Below are positions 49,431 through 60,495 of a stretch of 64,000 nt of DNA, piece by piece. Source of the stretch: Opitutales bacterium (GTDB lineage Bacteria > Verrucomicrobiota > Verrucomicrobiia > Opitutales > PNEW01). The translations under genes and the position numbers were made by a program. How positions within the stretch are numbered: the stretch's first letter is position 1; every line of letters begins with the position of its first letter. The DNA lies in NCBI GenBank assembly GCA_965197745.1, contig CBDANS010000007.1, positions 1,504,001-1,568,000 of the forward strand. Reading direction: 5' to 3'. The notes below the pieces were generated by a model. That model worked only from the letters and a program-made list of their open reading frames with translations, did no database searches and was not told the origin of the DNA.

Positions 49431-50576
49431 CTACCAGTTGTTTAAAGAACCATCGCGTCGATAAATATGAGGCGACTCCCAAAATTTAAAGGCCTCTTTG
49501 GTGGCCAGTTCTTCATTTACCTCTATACCCAACCCGGGGCCCTCAGGCACAGGAAATCGGCTGCCCTCTAATTTGGGCTGTAAGGGAAAGATATCATCAT
49601 CAGCTGAGCCCTGATCTTTAGGTAAGGCTTGCGCTTCCAGCCAGGCAAAATTTGGGACGGCAGCCGCCAGGTGGATTGTCGCTGCGGTGCAAATGGGACC
49701 CAGTGGATCGTGAGGCATGAGTTCGATATAGTGGGCCTCCGCCATGCCTGCCACCTTCATCGCTTCAGTGAAGCCGCCCACGTTGCAGATATCGATACGC
49801 GCAAAATTCGTAATGCCCCGCTCGATGTAGGGAAGAAAATGCCATTTGCTCGATATCTCTTCACCAATAGCGAAGGGGACATCGGTCATCGTTCGGAGCG
49901 ACTCATAGGCCTCCGGAGTTTCGTCGCGTATGGGTTCCTCCAGAAAATCAATCGTGCCAGAAGGCATTCGCTGACAAAAGGACGCGGCTTCTGCTACATT
50001 CAAGCGGTGATGGTAGTCGATACCGAGAACCGGTCCATTGCCAACGGCTTCTCTAAGCTTGGTTAAGCAGGTTGCGGTGGGAGCCATGGATTCCCTGGGT
50101 TCAAAATTGTTATTCTGTTTATCCGAAAAACCAGTCCGGATAACATTCCATCCTCTTTCAATCAATGAATTTACATCATCGATCAGCTGAGGAACGGTGT
50201 TTAAGGCTGTCGTCGCAAAGCAGGGAACGAAGTCCCTTTGTTTTCCCCCCAGCAGCTGATAGACAGGAACATTAAGGGCTTTGCCCGCGATATCATGAAG
50301 GGCGATGTCGATTGCCGAGATGGCCGCGGAGAGAACGCGCCCCCCCTCAAAGTACTGACCGCGGTACATTTCCTGCCAAAGCGCGCCCATCTGCATAGGA
50401 TCACGACCGATAAGGAACTCGCGATAATGCCTGACCGCACCTACAACGGCCAGTTCACGACTGGAGAGCCCTGATTCACCCCAACCATAAATCCCCTCAT
50501 CCGTTTCAACCTTGACGAGCATCTGGTTGCGCCTTCCCACCCAGACGGGGATTGGTTTTATATCGGTTATTTTCAT
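49431..50576 (-). CDS. Mandelate racemase/muconate lactonizing family dehydratase, copy A
   Basis: Same motifs as copy B, with PHDPLGP; tandem paralog. Confidence 0.92.
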   Translation of the reverse strand: MKITDIKPIPVWVGRRNQMLVKVETDEGIYGWGESGLSSRELAVVGAVRHYREFLIGRDPMQMGALWQEMYRGQYFEGGRVLSAAISAIDIALHDIAGKALNVPVYQLLGGKQRDFVPCFATTALNTVPQLIDDVNSLIERGWNVIRTGFSDKQNNNFEPRESMAPTATCLTKLREAVGNGPVLGIDYHHRLNVAEAASFCQRMPSGTIDFLEEPIRDETPEAYESLRTMTDVPFAIGEEISSKWHFLPYIERGITNFARIDICNVGGFTEAMKVAGMAEAHYIELMPHDPLGPICTAATIHLAAAVPNFAWLEAQALPKDQGSADDDIFPLQPKLEGSRFPVPEGPGLGIEVNEELATKEAFKFWESPHIYRRDGSLNNW

Positions 50577-50681
50577 AGGTTGTCCTTATGAATTATTGTT
50601 AAGCTCTACTCCTGACGCTATTTTTTCAGCTGGTTTGAACGAAAAAAAGTTTAGAGCCGATGACAGGGGCATTGGGAAAAC

Positions 50682-51479
50682 TTAGATCTTTTCAACGAGC
50701 TTTCGCAGCCCCTCACCAATCTTCATCAAGTTCGTTTGATAGATGAAGCGGTCCCAGCCGAGACAGAAATGGCGGACGCCCAGATCAATATATCGTTTGG
50801 CCTGTTCCGGTTCTCCAATCTCGATCCTCGGATAAAGACCGAATTCGAGCGATTTTTTGATCACGAGTTCTTCGGTAGCGCGCATCTCTTCGGGGTCCCT
50901 CTTGCCCAATTTGCTGCGGGTGAGCGAGTAATCGGCCGGTCCCCACTGGGTCATGTCGACGCCTTTTTCTTTCGCCACGGACAACACCTCGTCGAGGTTG
51001 TCGACCGCGGAGCCCTTCTCGATCATGATCATAAAGACTATACCGTTAAGATCTTCGAGATAGCTATCGGCACTGAATCCACCGAAGGTCGGGCGTCGCA
51101 GTTTAACGCCCATATGCCCGTCCACCCCCGGGCAATCGGGCCGGATCACCCGGTGACAAATATTGACATCCTCAACGGTGCGCACATCGGTAAAGAGGAC
51201 GGACTTAAAACCCGCGCCCAAGGCAGCCTGCGCCCAAAAAGTCTGGCTTGCCTGATCGAGCTTGATCAAGAGTGGCAAGTTCGAGCACTGCCCCGAACGC
51301 GCCATATGAAAGAGTAATTGAAAGTCAAAAACGGTGTACTCGGCGCTGAATTCCCCGTAATCATACAAACCCGTATCCCCAATGATCTCCGGGAGATCCG
51401 GATCGGAGGAGAGATAATGGGTGCCAATCGTTGGCTTACCCTCGTTAAGTTTCTCACGAAACGTGTTGGACATGATCAT
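50682..51479 (-). CDS. HpcH/HpaI aldolase family protein
   Basis: PTIGT, EFSAEY, MIMIEK..AVDNLDEVL, WGPADYS. Confidence 0.85.
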   Translation of the reverse strand: MIMSNTFREKLNEGKPTIGTHYLSSDPDLPEIIGDTGLYDYGEFSAEYTVFDFQLLFHMARSGQCSNLPLLIKLDQASQTFWAQAALGAGFKSVLFTDVRTVEDVNICHRVIRPDCPGVDGHMGVKLRRPTFGGFSADSYLEDLNGIVFMIMIEKGSAVDNLDEVLSVAKEKGVDMTQWGPADYSLTRSKLGKRDPEEMRATEELVIKKSLEFGLYPRIEIGEPEQAKRYIDLGVRHFCLGWDRFIYQTNLMKIGEGLRKLVEKI

Positions 51480-51595
51480 ACACTTAATCCTTTTTTGAGG
51501 TTATCGTTTAAAAAATTCAAGAGGCGGAAAATCGCGTATGGATTATGTTCTCATAAGCGGATTGTCAAATTATCCCTTTTGATTTCTTGTGAGAT

Positions 51596-52639
51596 TTATA
51601 GATCTTCGATGTCTGGATGGGATTCCATGATCGATTGCGCGATTGCCATTACACGTGGAATAGAAGCTCTGACTTCATCAGTTCGCAGTCGTAGATCGTC
51701 GGGTGAGGTAATTCCAAGTTCAACAATCAAACTTTCAAATCCGGGGCTAAATCGGTCCAGATGGGTCGAGGTTTTCGTGTGATGAAAGGCTTTCATGCAA
51801 CGGGCATAGGTGGCGGCTATCCAGAAGACGGATTCGCGGTGATTACCCTGATTGATCAATTCCTGCGTGCCATCGATTGAGATAGGGCGTGAAATTCGGC
51901 TGAGGTCAGAGGAGTAGGGGAAGGGCCTCGGTTCTATATCGCACGCCACGTCGAATACCTCGGTGACGCTATCAAAATAAGTCTGCGTTATAACGCGGTT
52001 GAAGTGGCTCGATCCCTGGAGCGTATGGAGGAACTCATAGAAATCGAGGTGCCCATACTCAGACAGCACATCGTGTGCCGCCAGATACCTTTTCCTGATC
52101 GTTGGGTTCTTGAGGGCTGCCGCGAGGACAATATGGGTGGTGATACCGGTCGCCCACAACCAGGCAATCACCCTGTCGAATTCATTGGCGCGCTCACTCA
52201 CTGAATTCACATAATTCAGGCAGTTGGTCCGCGCGTCCTCGATCCGCTTACTCACCCAGCGACGCTGCGGAAATGCCTGTGACACCACGGCTGCCATCTC
52301 ATTCAGTTTGCTTGATGAGCTGGAAATGACATTCGCTTTTCGGAAATTATACCCAAGACGATAGTCGCTTAACACGCGTTCCAAGGGCAGCAGCCTACTA
52401 AACGGCCAGTACGAGACACCGAAAATTACTCCACTGTGCAGAAAATTACCAGGCAATACTTCCGGGGGTATACCTTCAAAAACCAGAGTTAGATCAAGGT
52501 CTGAAGTGATTGGGAATTCAGCGTCATTCTGAGCGCTATTAATGGACCCGCAGAAAAATGCACCCTTGAAACCCGTTAAACTGCTCGCCGTCTCAGATAC
52601 CCACTCTCTTCCTATTGCTCTGACAGCATGAACCTTCAT
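51596..52639 (-). CDS. Hypothetical protein with Pol-beta-like nucleotidyltransferase signature
   Basis: GAFFCGS...SDLDL (GS..DxD) followed by a helical domain; GGAGG RBS before ATG 52639. Confidence 0.6.
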   Translation of the reverse strand: MKVHAVRAIGREWVSETASSLTGFKGAFFCGSINSAQNDAEFPITSDLDLTLVFEGIPPEVLPGNFLHSGVIFGVSYWPFSRLLPLERVLSDYRLGYNFRKANVISSSSSKLNEMAAVVSQAFPQRRWVSKRIEDARTNCLNYVNSVSERANEFDRVIAWLWATGITTHIVLAAALKNPTIRKRYLAAHDVLSEYGHLDFYEFLHTLQGSSHFNRVITQTYFDSVTEVFDVACDIEPRPFPYSSDLSRISRPISIDGTQELINQGNHRESVFWIAATYARCMKAFHHTKTSTHLDRFSPGFESLIVELGITSPDDLRLRTDEVRASIPRVMAIAQSIMESHPDIEDL

Positions 52640-52699
52640 GAGCAAACCTCCACTTTAAAGGGTTTTAAGCGATATAGCATCTGGTTCATTTTCGCCAGT

Positions 52700-53696
<997 letters not shown>

Positions 53697-53781
53697 TTAT
53701 TTTGCCATAACTGATAAGGGGTGAGCGTAATTGACAAGAAACAATTAGGAATTCAATTTCAACAGCACACTGGAATAATTT

Positions 53782-54585
53782 ATGAACAAGCTGCACTGGA
53801 GTGTCGATTACGCTTATGCTTCTCCGCTGTCCGCAGATAAGTCGCAGGAAAATTTCGAGAGTGAATTTGGACGGATACTGGCTGACGCACTTTCATCTTC
53901 ACCCGCCGATTTTAATGCGGGGACGAAATCACACGGTTATACCTTACTGCCCAATTTCTGGGGGGGCTTCAAGCGCGGTGAGGATCCATTCCTGAATATC
54001 GGCCAGGTCTCTATCAAACGCAGACTTGATGACGGGGTAGGCTGGCGGTACACGATCGAGCATGAGAATACGTGCAGCGGTGAGAAACTAATTCTCAATT
54101 TTACCTGCGACAACAAACAAGCAAGACCGTTAGCCGGTTCATGGCAGATTAAGACAGAGAACAGTGCGGACGGTTCCTATGCTTCTCTATCCCTGACGGG
54201 AGCGTGCAATGAACAGATCGACGGGGATCGTGCTGTAACGATGACGACGGCAAGTGGACTCGCTATAGCTGCGGGAAACATCAGGCACGATGAAACGCTG
54301 ACCTGTAATTGGGCATTGTTCGACATTCTCCCATCGTTGAGCAAAGGTGACAGCCTGGATCGTCTGGCCATCCTCGACGACCTTGAGATCCTCAAAAATG
54401 ACTGTCAGATTCGTCCCCTCGATGATTGGGTTTTGGCGGTCGGCAATGAAAAGCATACATTTTCCGGGTACTGCGTATTCGGCACAGGATTTCCGCCTAC
54501 TTACTGGTGGCTGACCGAAAGCGGGGAGGTGGCCGTAATGTCTACAATGCTGTCTACCTACGTTCTTTGTGAACGAAGCGAATAA
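53782..54585 (+). CDS. Hypothetical protein
   Basis: 267-aa ORF; first gene of an apparent operon with the sulfatase and GGT (6- and 24-bp gaps). Confidence 0.7.
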   Translation: MNKLHWSVDYAYASPLSADKSQENFESEFGRILADALSSSPADFNAGTKSHGYTLLPNFWGGFKRGEDPFLNIGQVSIKRRLDDGVGWRYTIEHENTCSGEKLILNFTCDNKQARPLAGSWQIKTENSADGSYASLSLTGACNEQIDGDRAVTMTTASGLAIAAGNIRHDETLTCNWALFDILPSLSKGDSLDRLAILDDLEILKNDCQIRPLDDWVLAVGNEKHTFSGYCVFGTGFPPTYWWLTESGEVAVMSTMLSTYVLCERSE

Positions 54586-54591
54586 TATATT

Positions 54592-56079
54592 ATGGCGGAT
54601 AATCTGAACATCCTTTTTATCAATACCGACCAGCAAACGTGGGATGCCGTCTCTGCTTACGGTAATTCTCACGTTCACACCCCGCATATTGACCGGTTAC
54701 AGAAGAACGGGATATCTTTCATGAATAGCTATTGCGCGGATCCTGTCTGTGCGCCGGCTCGCGCAAGCTGGGTGACAGGACTCTATACGTCTGAAAATGG
54801 GGTTCCCTTTAATGGGGGCAGGATGCACGATGACATCCCGGACCTGGGCCAGATTTTGACACGTAATGGGTATCACGCGGTCCATTGCGGTAAGTGGCAT
54901 GTGGAAGACCGTCTCATGCGGGAAAGTTTTCACAATCTTTATACCGGAAAGCGTGATATTGGTGCCTGTGGTGGCGAGTATTATGACCGGGTCTCCACCC
55001 ATGCGGTGATTGATTTTCTGGATCGCTATGATCAACCGTTGCCGTTCTACCTCCAGGTAGGGCTGGTGAACCCACATGACATCTGTGAATACCAGCATAA
55101 CCATGAACACAAGACGATACCCGGACCAATCGAACAGGGTCTGTTTGCAATCGAGGAGCTCCCCCCATTACCTGGGAATTTCGAATACGATGAACGGGAA
55201 ATCCTCCTGCAGCGGATGCTGCATCGGGACGAGCAAGCTGCCATTCACGCCCCGATCCTTAAAGGCATTCGCGATTGGACGGAGTCCCAATGGCGGTACA
55301 TGTCCTGGAACCACTACCGTTTTGTTGAAGCCGCGGACCAGCAGATAGGGCTTATCCTGAATGCCCTCGAAAACAGCCGCTTCCATAACAATACCTTAAT
55401 CATTTTTGCCGTTGATCACGGTGAGGCCAGCGGCTGCCACCGTTTATTCCAGAAATTCAGCCTCTACGAAGAAAGTATCCGTGTCCCGTTTATCATCTCC
55501 GACCTCAGTGACCAGCTCGATATACCAAAAAACGTGTTAGACACCGAACACTTTGTCTCCGGTGTCGACCTCGTGCCAACCGTCCTCGACTACGCCGGCA
55601 TTGAAGTGCCCGATGGCGTGCAGGGACTGAGCCTGAACCCGGTTGTTGAGATGACGCACCGAAATGTCACGTCGGAAGTCAAAGCAGATGAAAGTGATAA
55701 AACGACGGCAGAGCATAAAATTCCGTGGAGAGATTTTGCTTATGTGGAATCCAACTTCTGGGGGCGGGCAATAATCACGGAGCGTTTCAAATATATTATG
55801 GAGTATCGTCCAAAGGAGGAGGAAGATTTCGTTCCACCCGGTCCGGAAGTAGATTCCGTTGGATTGGAACAGCTCTTCGATCTGATTGACGATCCGTTAG
55901 AGACCAATAACCTTGCCGGTGATTCGCGCTATAACGATACAATTGCGGACTGTCGTGAAAAACTGTTTAGTTTCGAAAAGAAACTTCGGCGTCGACCCTT
56001 GCGTGACGGAAGACCGCGCGATTATCTCCGAAAGTTGTCCGAACAGCTTCTTGAACGCTGGGCCATGATTGACGGGTAG
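54592..56079 (+). CDS. Sulfatase (formylglycine-dependent family)
   Basis: NILFINTDQQ, CAPARAS (CxPxR), GKWH, NPHD, DHG, LYEESIRVP. Confidence 0.93.
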   Translation: MADNLNILFINTDQQTWDAVSAYGNSHVHTPHIDRLQKNGISFMNSYCADPVCAPARASWVTGLYTSENGVPFNGGRMHDDIPDLGQILTRNGYHAVHCGKWHVEDRLMRESFHNLYTGKRDIGACGGEYYDRVSTHAVIDFLDRYDQPLPFYLQVGLVNPHDICEYQHNHEHKTIPGPIEQGLFAIEELPPLPGNFEYDEREILLQRMLHRDEQAAIHAPILKGIRDWTESQWRYMSWNHYRFVEAADQQIGLILNALENSRFHNNTLIIFAVDHGEASGCHRLFQKFSLYEESIRVPFIISDLSDQLDIPKNVLDTEHFVSGVDLVPTVLDYAGIEVPDGVQGLSLNPVVEMTHRNVTSEVKADESDKTTAEHKIPWRDFAYVESNFWGRAIITERFKYIMEYRPKEEEDFVPPGPEVDSVGLEQLFDLIDDPLETNNLAGDSRYNDTIADCREKLFSFEKKLRRRPLRDGRPRDYLRKLSEQLLERWAMIDG

Positions 56080-56103
56080 GAAAAAGGTAAAGTAGAATTC
56101 TCA

Positions 56104-57729
56104 ATGACTATCACAAATAAACAGCAGATTGGATGGAAGGGGACCAGCACTACTGGTGTCGTTGCCGCAGGTGGCGCGGAGGCCGTCGCGTCAGGAATCA
56201 GGATACTGGATGATGGCGGAAACGCTGCAGATGCTGCCGTTGCCACTATCTTTGCTCTCAATGTCACCGATCACGGCGCATGCTCTATTGGCGGGGAGGT
56301 TCCCATTCTCATTTATGACGCGCAGCACAAGGAGGTGAAGGCGCTCAGTGGTCAAGGGCGCGCGCCATTATCCCAGGAAGCTGTTGATTGGTACATGAAG
56401 CATGGAATCCCTGGAGGAGGAGACATCAAGATGGCCCCTGTTCCCTCCGTTGTAGACTCGTGCATTACCACGCTCCAGCAGTATGGCACACGCACTTTGA
56501 AAGATATCGTGGCGCCCACACTTGCACTCCTTGATGCAGGAAAGGAATCCTGGCACCCAAAGCTCGCGATCACCTTTCGCAGAATGGTTGAAGAGGAACA
56601 AATTGCTTCCGGGGGCCGTGAGGAGAAACTCCAGGCGGCTGGTGACCGTTTCTACGGACGAAGCAAGTATCGAAATGACATCGCGGATGATCTGGAAGCT
56701 TATTACATCGAAATGGGCGGATTCCTCCGTAAAACGGATCTTTCTGCACACGCAACCATGATTGAAGATCCGGTAACAGTCGATTACCGAGGTTATACAA
56801 TTTGTAAGTGCGGTCCCTGGACTCAAGGCCCCTTTCTCTGCCAGGCTTTGAGATTGCTGGAGGGCTTTGACTTGAGAGCCATGGGCCATCTATCGACTGA
56901 CTACATACATGTCGTTACCGAAGCCCTCAAGCTGGCCATGGCGGACCGCGATGAGTACTACGGCGATCCAGAATTTGTTGACGTTCCCTTGCAAGCTTTG
57001 CTTTCAGATGCCTACACTGAAATCCGCAGCCCGTTGATCGAGATGGAAAGGGCATCCCTGGAAGCGCGTCCGGGCGATCCCCATGAGATGAAACCGTTCA
57101 AAGATGGGGGTGTTTTTCGACCCGGGTTTGGTGGAACAACGACCTGTGTCGTGGCGGACCGCTGGGGTAATGTGGTATCAGCCACTCCCAGTGCCAATGT
57201 CCCCATAGAGCCGCGAGATGGTGGCAAAGCCGGCGTAACCTTTGGCAATCGCCTGCGCAGTCTTAACACGACACCGGGACATCCGAACTGCATTCAACCG
57301 GGAAAACGTCCCCGTAGCACGCTTACCCCTACACTGGTTCTTAAAGATGGCAAACCGATCATGGCGATCAGTGTCGCTGGAGGCGACCTGCAGGACCAGG
57401 CGACATTGAATCTCCTTCTCGATGTAATCGAGTTTGAGATGCTCCCTGAAGCAAGCGTAACCGCGCCACGCTTCGCCACCGCACATCACCAGGACTCTTT
57501 CGACCCCCATCACAACCGCGCAGAAACCTTTATCGAGCCGGGGTCGTTAACGATCAGCGATCGGGTGAGTGACTCTGTTCAGGAAGATCTTACCCGGCGC
57601 GGACACAAGAGCGAGGTAACGGCATCCCCGATTGCTACTCCCGTCATGCTCACTATCGATCAGGATAGTGGAGTGTTCTATGCTGCCGGCGATCCTGAAA
57701 CCCAACGCCACGCAGCAGGATTAGAATGA
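56104..57729 (+). CDS. ggt: Gamma-glutamyltransferase family protein
   Basis: GGNAADAAVA, EALKLAMADRD.YYGDP, nucleophile GTTTCVVAD, PGKRPRSTLTP, AGGDLQ. Confidence 0.9.
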   Translation: MTITNKQQIGWKGTSTTGVVAAGGAEAVASGIRILDDGGNAADAAVATIFALNVTDHGACSIGGEVPILIYDAQHKEVKALSGQGRAPLSQEAVDWYMKHGIPGGGDIKMAPVPSVVDSCITTLQQYGTRTLKDIVAPTLALLDAGKESWHPKLAITFRRMVEEEQIASGGREEKLQAAGDRFYGRSKYRNDIADDLEAYYIEMGGFLRKTDLSAHATMIEDPVTVDYRGYTICKCGPWTQGPFLCQALRLLEGFDLRAMGHLSTDYIHVVTEALKLAMADRDEYYGDPEFVDVPLQALLSDAYTEIRSPLIEMERASLEARPGDPHEMKPFKDGGVFRPGFGGTTTCVVADRWGNVVSATPSANVPIEPRDGGKAGVTFGNRLRSLNTTPGHPNCIQPGKRPRSTLTPTLVLKDGKPIMAISVAGGDLQDQATLNLLLDVIEFEMLPEASVTAPRFATAHHQDSFDPHHNRAETFIEPGSLTISDRVSDSVQEDLTRRGHKSEVTASPIATPVMLTIDQDSGVFYAAGDPETQRHAAGLE

Positions 57730-57778
57730 AAAAAGGGGTCAGGCTGTTTTAACGTCTTCGACTTTTTGACCTTTTGAC

Positions 57779-58669
57779 TCAATCCATTTGGCGTTGGGTA
57801 TACTGCCTTCCCTTCTTTGCCACCTCTTCATTCTGTCCCGAAATAATTCTAGCCCCTGAATCTATCGTTTTATCAATATTATCGGTGCTTCCCCCACCAA
57901 TGAAGACGATGCCATTTTCCTTACACGCGGTATTAACTCTTCTCCTTGCTTCAATAATCCTCTTGTCCTGATCAACCCCAGCACCGCTCCTGGCATCTCT
58001 TACTATACCCATCGACATCGACATGTCTCCCGGACCCATTTCAGCAAAGCCGATTCCTGGCACCCTTAATACCGCTTCACAATTTTCCAAACCTCTTACC
58101 GATTCAATCTTCAATCCTAATAAAAGTTCTCCTTCAGGATTAAGCGGCCAGGGATCGGCAAGATTTATATAATCATGAGAGTCGGTTCCCCATACCGTTG
58201 AGGCCGTGCCTTCAGAACCCACTCCCCGGGTGCCTTTGCCCAATCCTTCCCCAACACCGAGCGCATTTCTAGGATACCGGCAGGATTCCACAAATGCTCT
58301 CACCGCATCAGGGCTCTCGGTCTGGCATAATAATATTCCATGCACACCCCTGGCTAGGATCTGCCTGATCTGCCAGGCATTAAACCGGATAATATCTTCA
58401 CTAGCACCTTCAACAGGTAATTCAACGATAAGCGCGGGTGTTTTGTGTCCGGATTTCGTGGGACCTCCATCAATTAATCCTTTGATATAGTTATCAAGGC
58501 CCGTCATGTCAAAACAACCATGCTCCATACCGATATTGATGTAATCGGCCCATGTCTGAGCATCCTTTTTTCCCTCCTCATAAGTCAAAACATGACCTGA
58601 ATGGGCGCCAATATAATAAACTGGCTGATCTTCGCTTAATAATTCTACTGCTTTATTGATTCGTGGCAT
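57779..58669 (-). CDS. HpcH/HpaI aldolase/citrate lyase family protein
   Basis: MEHG, QILARGVHG, LKIES, EMGPGDMSMSMG. Confidence 0.87.
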   Translation of the reverse strand: MPRINKAVELLSEDQPVYYIGAHSGHVLTYEEGKKDAQTWADYINIGMEHGCFDMTGLDNYIKGLIDGGPTKSGHKTPALIVELPVEGASEDIIRFNAWQIRQILARGVHGILLCQTESPDAVRAFVESCRYPRNALGVGEGLGKGTRGVGSEGTASTVWGTDSHDYINLADPWPLNPEGELLLGLKIESVRGLENCEAVLRVPGIGFAEMGPGDMSMSMGIVRDARSGAGVDQDKRIIEARRRVNTACKENGIVFIGGGSTDNIDKTIDSGARIISGQNEEVAKKGRQYTQRQMD

Positions 58670-58785
58670 TTTTAGTTTTTATGGAATTTAAATATCTACT
58701 GTTATAGGATATGAATACAACGCAAAAAAATAAAACCTTGCTCCAGCTGCCAACACACTAAAATCACTGTTAATTAAATAGGGCA

Positions 58786-58945
58786 TTGACTTACATTTGT
58801 AATAATAGGATATTTACTTGTGCTTGCTGGAAGCATCCATGTCCGCGGAAAAGACTGAGTCTGACAGTATGATGATCAACAGTTGAGTGAAATTATAACC
58901 TTCTGCTTGGATCAGCGGACATCAGGCAAAAACATATAGGAGGTT
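58786..58945 (+). promoter_or_regulatory. Putative sigma-70 promoter and structured 5' leader of the ankyrin gene
   Basis: TTGACT (58786) - 17 bp - GATATT. Pairings: ATGTCCGC/GCGGACAT, TGATC/GATCA, AGAC/GTCT, TGCTT/AAGCA. AGGAGG RBS follows. Confidence 0.45.
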
Positions 58946-60250
58946 GTGATGAACAAACACAATCAACAGTTGCCTCCATCAAATCCTGATTTGAAACAAC
59001 TTAAAAATCGGGCTAAAGATCTAAAAAAGATCTTTGAAAATAGCGGTCCATCCGCAATCGAACGTATTCAGAATTTTCATCCGGAGTTTCTGAATGCTTC
59101 TGATGATAAAATCCAAAACGCAAAACTTGCGCTCAGTGATTTTCAGCTAATCATTGCGCGTGAGTATTCTTTTCCAAGCTGGCCAAAGCTCAAGCGTTTT
59201 GTTGAAACGGCGTCAGACCATACCGTTACCGAGTCAGCTAATCAGTTGAGATTAGCAATAATTGATGACGACGTCACCTCAGTTAAAAAATTAATCAAAA
59301 AGGAACCGGATTTAATAAATGAGCATGTATTAAGGCAGCAATGGGATTATAAAAATCAGCGGCCCCTTACTTATGCCAGTCAGATTGGTCGGGTAGAAAT
59401 TGTTAAAGTATTGTTGGATGCTGGAGCAGACCCAGGAGCGGATGGACACCTTGCTGTGGCTAGAGCAACCATTTCAGATAATAATCTGCCAGTAACACAA
59501 TTGTTTATCGAACATGGAGTAGATCCTAATGTGATGGTTCACGGTTGGGGTGCTTGGTTGTTATATCCCTGTGAAAGTTTGTCACCTGAATCTTTAGAAT
59601 ATTTACTAAAATCTGGCGCTGACCCGAATTTGATTTATGAAGATGGCAGATGCCGGGAAACACCAATGGAAATGGTGTTGGGGACTTATATGAGATCTGA
59701 AAATCGTCATAAATGTATTAATGCTTTAATCGGTGCCGGTGTCCATTTTGATGACGGTCCGGTTATGGACATTCATCGAAGGCATCTCGATCAGCTTGAA
59801 GACAGGCTTAGAACCAAACCATCTTTGATAAGTGAATGCTTTGATAATGTTGACCATGGTGGTACAGCTGGACGAGGTATGACTGAAAAGGGTGGTACGC
59901 TTTTACATATTGCTGCGGAATGGTGTGAAACTGAATCCGTAGAGTTGCTCTTAAAGTACGGTGCAGAGGTTAATGCAAAAGCAAAAGTAAATGAGCAGAA
60001 TGTCGGAGGGCAGACTCCAATATTTCACTCGGTAAGTCAGAATAAATGGAAAGGTGAAGGTTATGTCATTACAAAGCTTTTGCTTGAGGCTGGTGCTGAT
60101 ATTTCAATAAAGGCAAATATACAGGGAGAATTTGATAAGAAGAATAACGTGGCGATATATGATCCTCTCGAATATGCCGAAGCCTTCCCGGCTCAAGAAA
60201 AATTCCGCGATGAAAGAATCGTTGATCTATTAGTGAAACATAAAAAATAG
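58946..60250 (+). CDS. Ankyrin-repeat protein with N-terminal LP..PDLKQLK.RAK...QL.IAREY.F.SW..LK domain
   Basis: Several ankyrin repeats (PLTYA..GRVEIVKVLLDAGADP; TLLHIAA...VELLLKYGAEVN; TPIFHS). Confidence 0.9.
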   Translation: MMNKHNQQLPPSNPDLKQLKNRAKDLKKIFENSGPSAIERIQNFHPEFLNASDDKIQNAKLALSDFQLIIAREYSFPSWPKLKRFVETASDHTVTESANQLRLAIIDDDVTSVKKLIKKEPDLINEHVLRQQWDYKNQRPLTYASQIGRVEIVKVLLDAGADPGADGHLAVARATISDNNLPVTQLFIEHGVDPNVMVHGWGAWLLYPCESLSPESLEYLLKSGADPNLIYEDGRCRETPMEMVLGTYMRSENRHKCINALIGAGVHFDDGPVMDIHRRHLDQLEDRLRTKPSLISECFDNVDHGGTAGRGMTEKGGTLLHIAAEWCETESVELLLKYGAEVNAKAKVNEQNVGGQTPIFHSVSQNKWKGEGYVITKLLLEAGADISIKANIQGEFDKKNNVAIYDPLEYAEAFPAQEKFRDERIVDLLVKHKK

Positions 60251-60308
60251 GGTGGAACTGTTATGGGGGTGCCTGACCCATTTCCCATTTTCATTGAAAT
60301 GTTTTAAT

Positions 60309-60414
60309 TGTCATCGCGAGGCTGCTTGTCGGCCGTGGCGATCCAGTGGAATTTCGATCAACTATTGACAGCCCCCTGGACTGCCGCAGTCGGCACACCT
60401 CCTTCGCAATGACA
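60309..60414. mobile_element. Short (106 bp) non-autonomous member of the TGTCATTGCGAG family
   Basis: TGTCATCGCGAG..GCGATCCAG ... CTGGACTGCCGCAGTCGG..CCTCCTTCGCAATGACA. The right arm matches 16370-16404; the spacer tattgacagccccctgga matches 19043-19060. Confidence 0.8.
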
Positions 60415-60495
60415 AAAGAAAAATGACTTTTGACTTTCAGCTACAGACAACCTGGAGTTGACATGACCCGTATGGGTATACCCACATATACAGCT

